Assembly: GCA_040260805.1 (NCBI GenBank)
Contig: JBDQPD010000070.1
Span: 1-17,600, forward strand
DNA length: 17,600 nucleotides
From: Myxococcota bacterium
GTDB taxonomy: Bacteria; Myxococcota; UBA4151
Direction: 5' to 3'
Below, piece by piece: positions 17,306-17,600 of the stretch (the first letter of the stretch is position 1; every line of letters begins with the position of its first letter). The notes beneath the pieces were generated by a model, which searched no databases, had not been told where the DNA came from, and worked only from the letters and a program-made list of their open reading frames with translations. The position numbers and the translations under genes are program-made.

Positions 17306-17343
17306 AAAGAAGCGCCGCCGGTGATTTATTTCACCGGCGACGC
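17306..17343 (-). terminator. Terminator-like hairpin after tuf
   Basis: Minus strand GCGTCGCCGGTGA-AATAAA-TCACCGGCGGCGC-TTCTTT: 13-bp stem with one G-U pair and a U-rich tail. Confidence 0.75.
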
Positions 17344-17368
17344 CATTAAGCCGACAGAGCGCTTTGAA

Positions 17369-17600
17369 TCAGTCGAGAATCTCAGCCACGCGACCCGAAC
17401 CGATCGTGCGACCACCTTCACGAATAGCGAAGGTCAAACCCTGCTCCATCGCCACCGGCACGATCAGCTTGATCTGCATACCGATGTTGTCGCCCGGAAG
17501 GACGGCGCGTTCGGTTTGCTCTTCAGCCGACAGACCGTCGCCGTTCACCGAGGTGATCTTTTCGACGGTACCCGTCACGTCCGTGGTGCGGAAGTAGAAC
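17369..17600 (-). CDS. tuf: Elongation factor Tu (3' end, domain III; starts outside the window)
   Basis: [10 protein letters not shown]...[42 protein letters not shown]. Position upstream of tRNA-Trp-secE. Confidence 0.97.
   Translation of the reverse strand, partial: FYFRTTDVTGTVEKITSVNGDGLSAEEQTERAVLPGDNIGMQIKLIVPVAMEQGLTFAIREGGRTIGSGRVAEILD

Noticed and set aside
1..17600. CRISPR arrays, IS elements, integrases, prophage genes
   Set aside because: No regularly spaced repeats, terminal inverted repeats or mobility genes were seen; nearly all sequence is explained by the listed genes.

Overview
Bacterial chromosomal window of moderately high GC in which every credible gene lies on the minus strand. 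Read from the right end, it holds the core transcription/translation cluster: 3' end of tuf, tRNA-Trp(CCA), secE, nusG, rplK, rplA, rplJ, rplL, rpoB, rpoC and an intrinsic terminator. L1-binding and L10-leader autoregulatory RNAs and a rplL-rpoB attenuator-like hairpin are recognisable. Protein style (long SecE, RpoB N-terminus, an MXAN_5187-type protein) suggests a divergent Myxococcota/deltaproteobacteria-like lineage; this is inference. The core proteins carry many unusual indels and substitutions (EF-Tu domain III +12 aa, RpoB K527M in the rifampicin region, RpoC clamp insert, L1 RNA-binding residues), and rpmG is missing from its usual place. After rpoC comes a tightly coupled, uncharacterised envelope operon: a secreted copper-less cupredoxin-like protein with an extreme Arg/Lys tail, an MXAN_5187-like membrane sensor, a secreted START-domain protein, a large lipoprotein and a LolD/MacB-type ABC ATPase (cut by the window edge). 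This operon is the best candidate for an undescribed system. No mobile elements or CRISPR arrays were seen.
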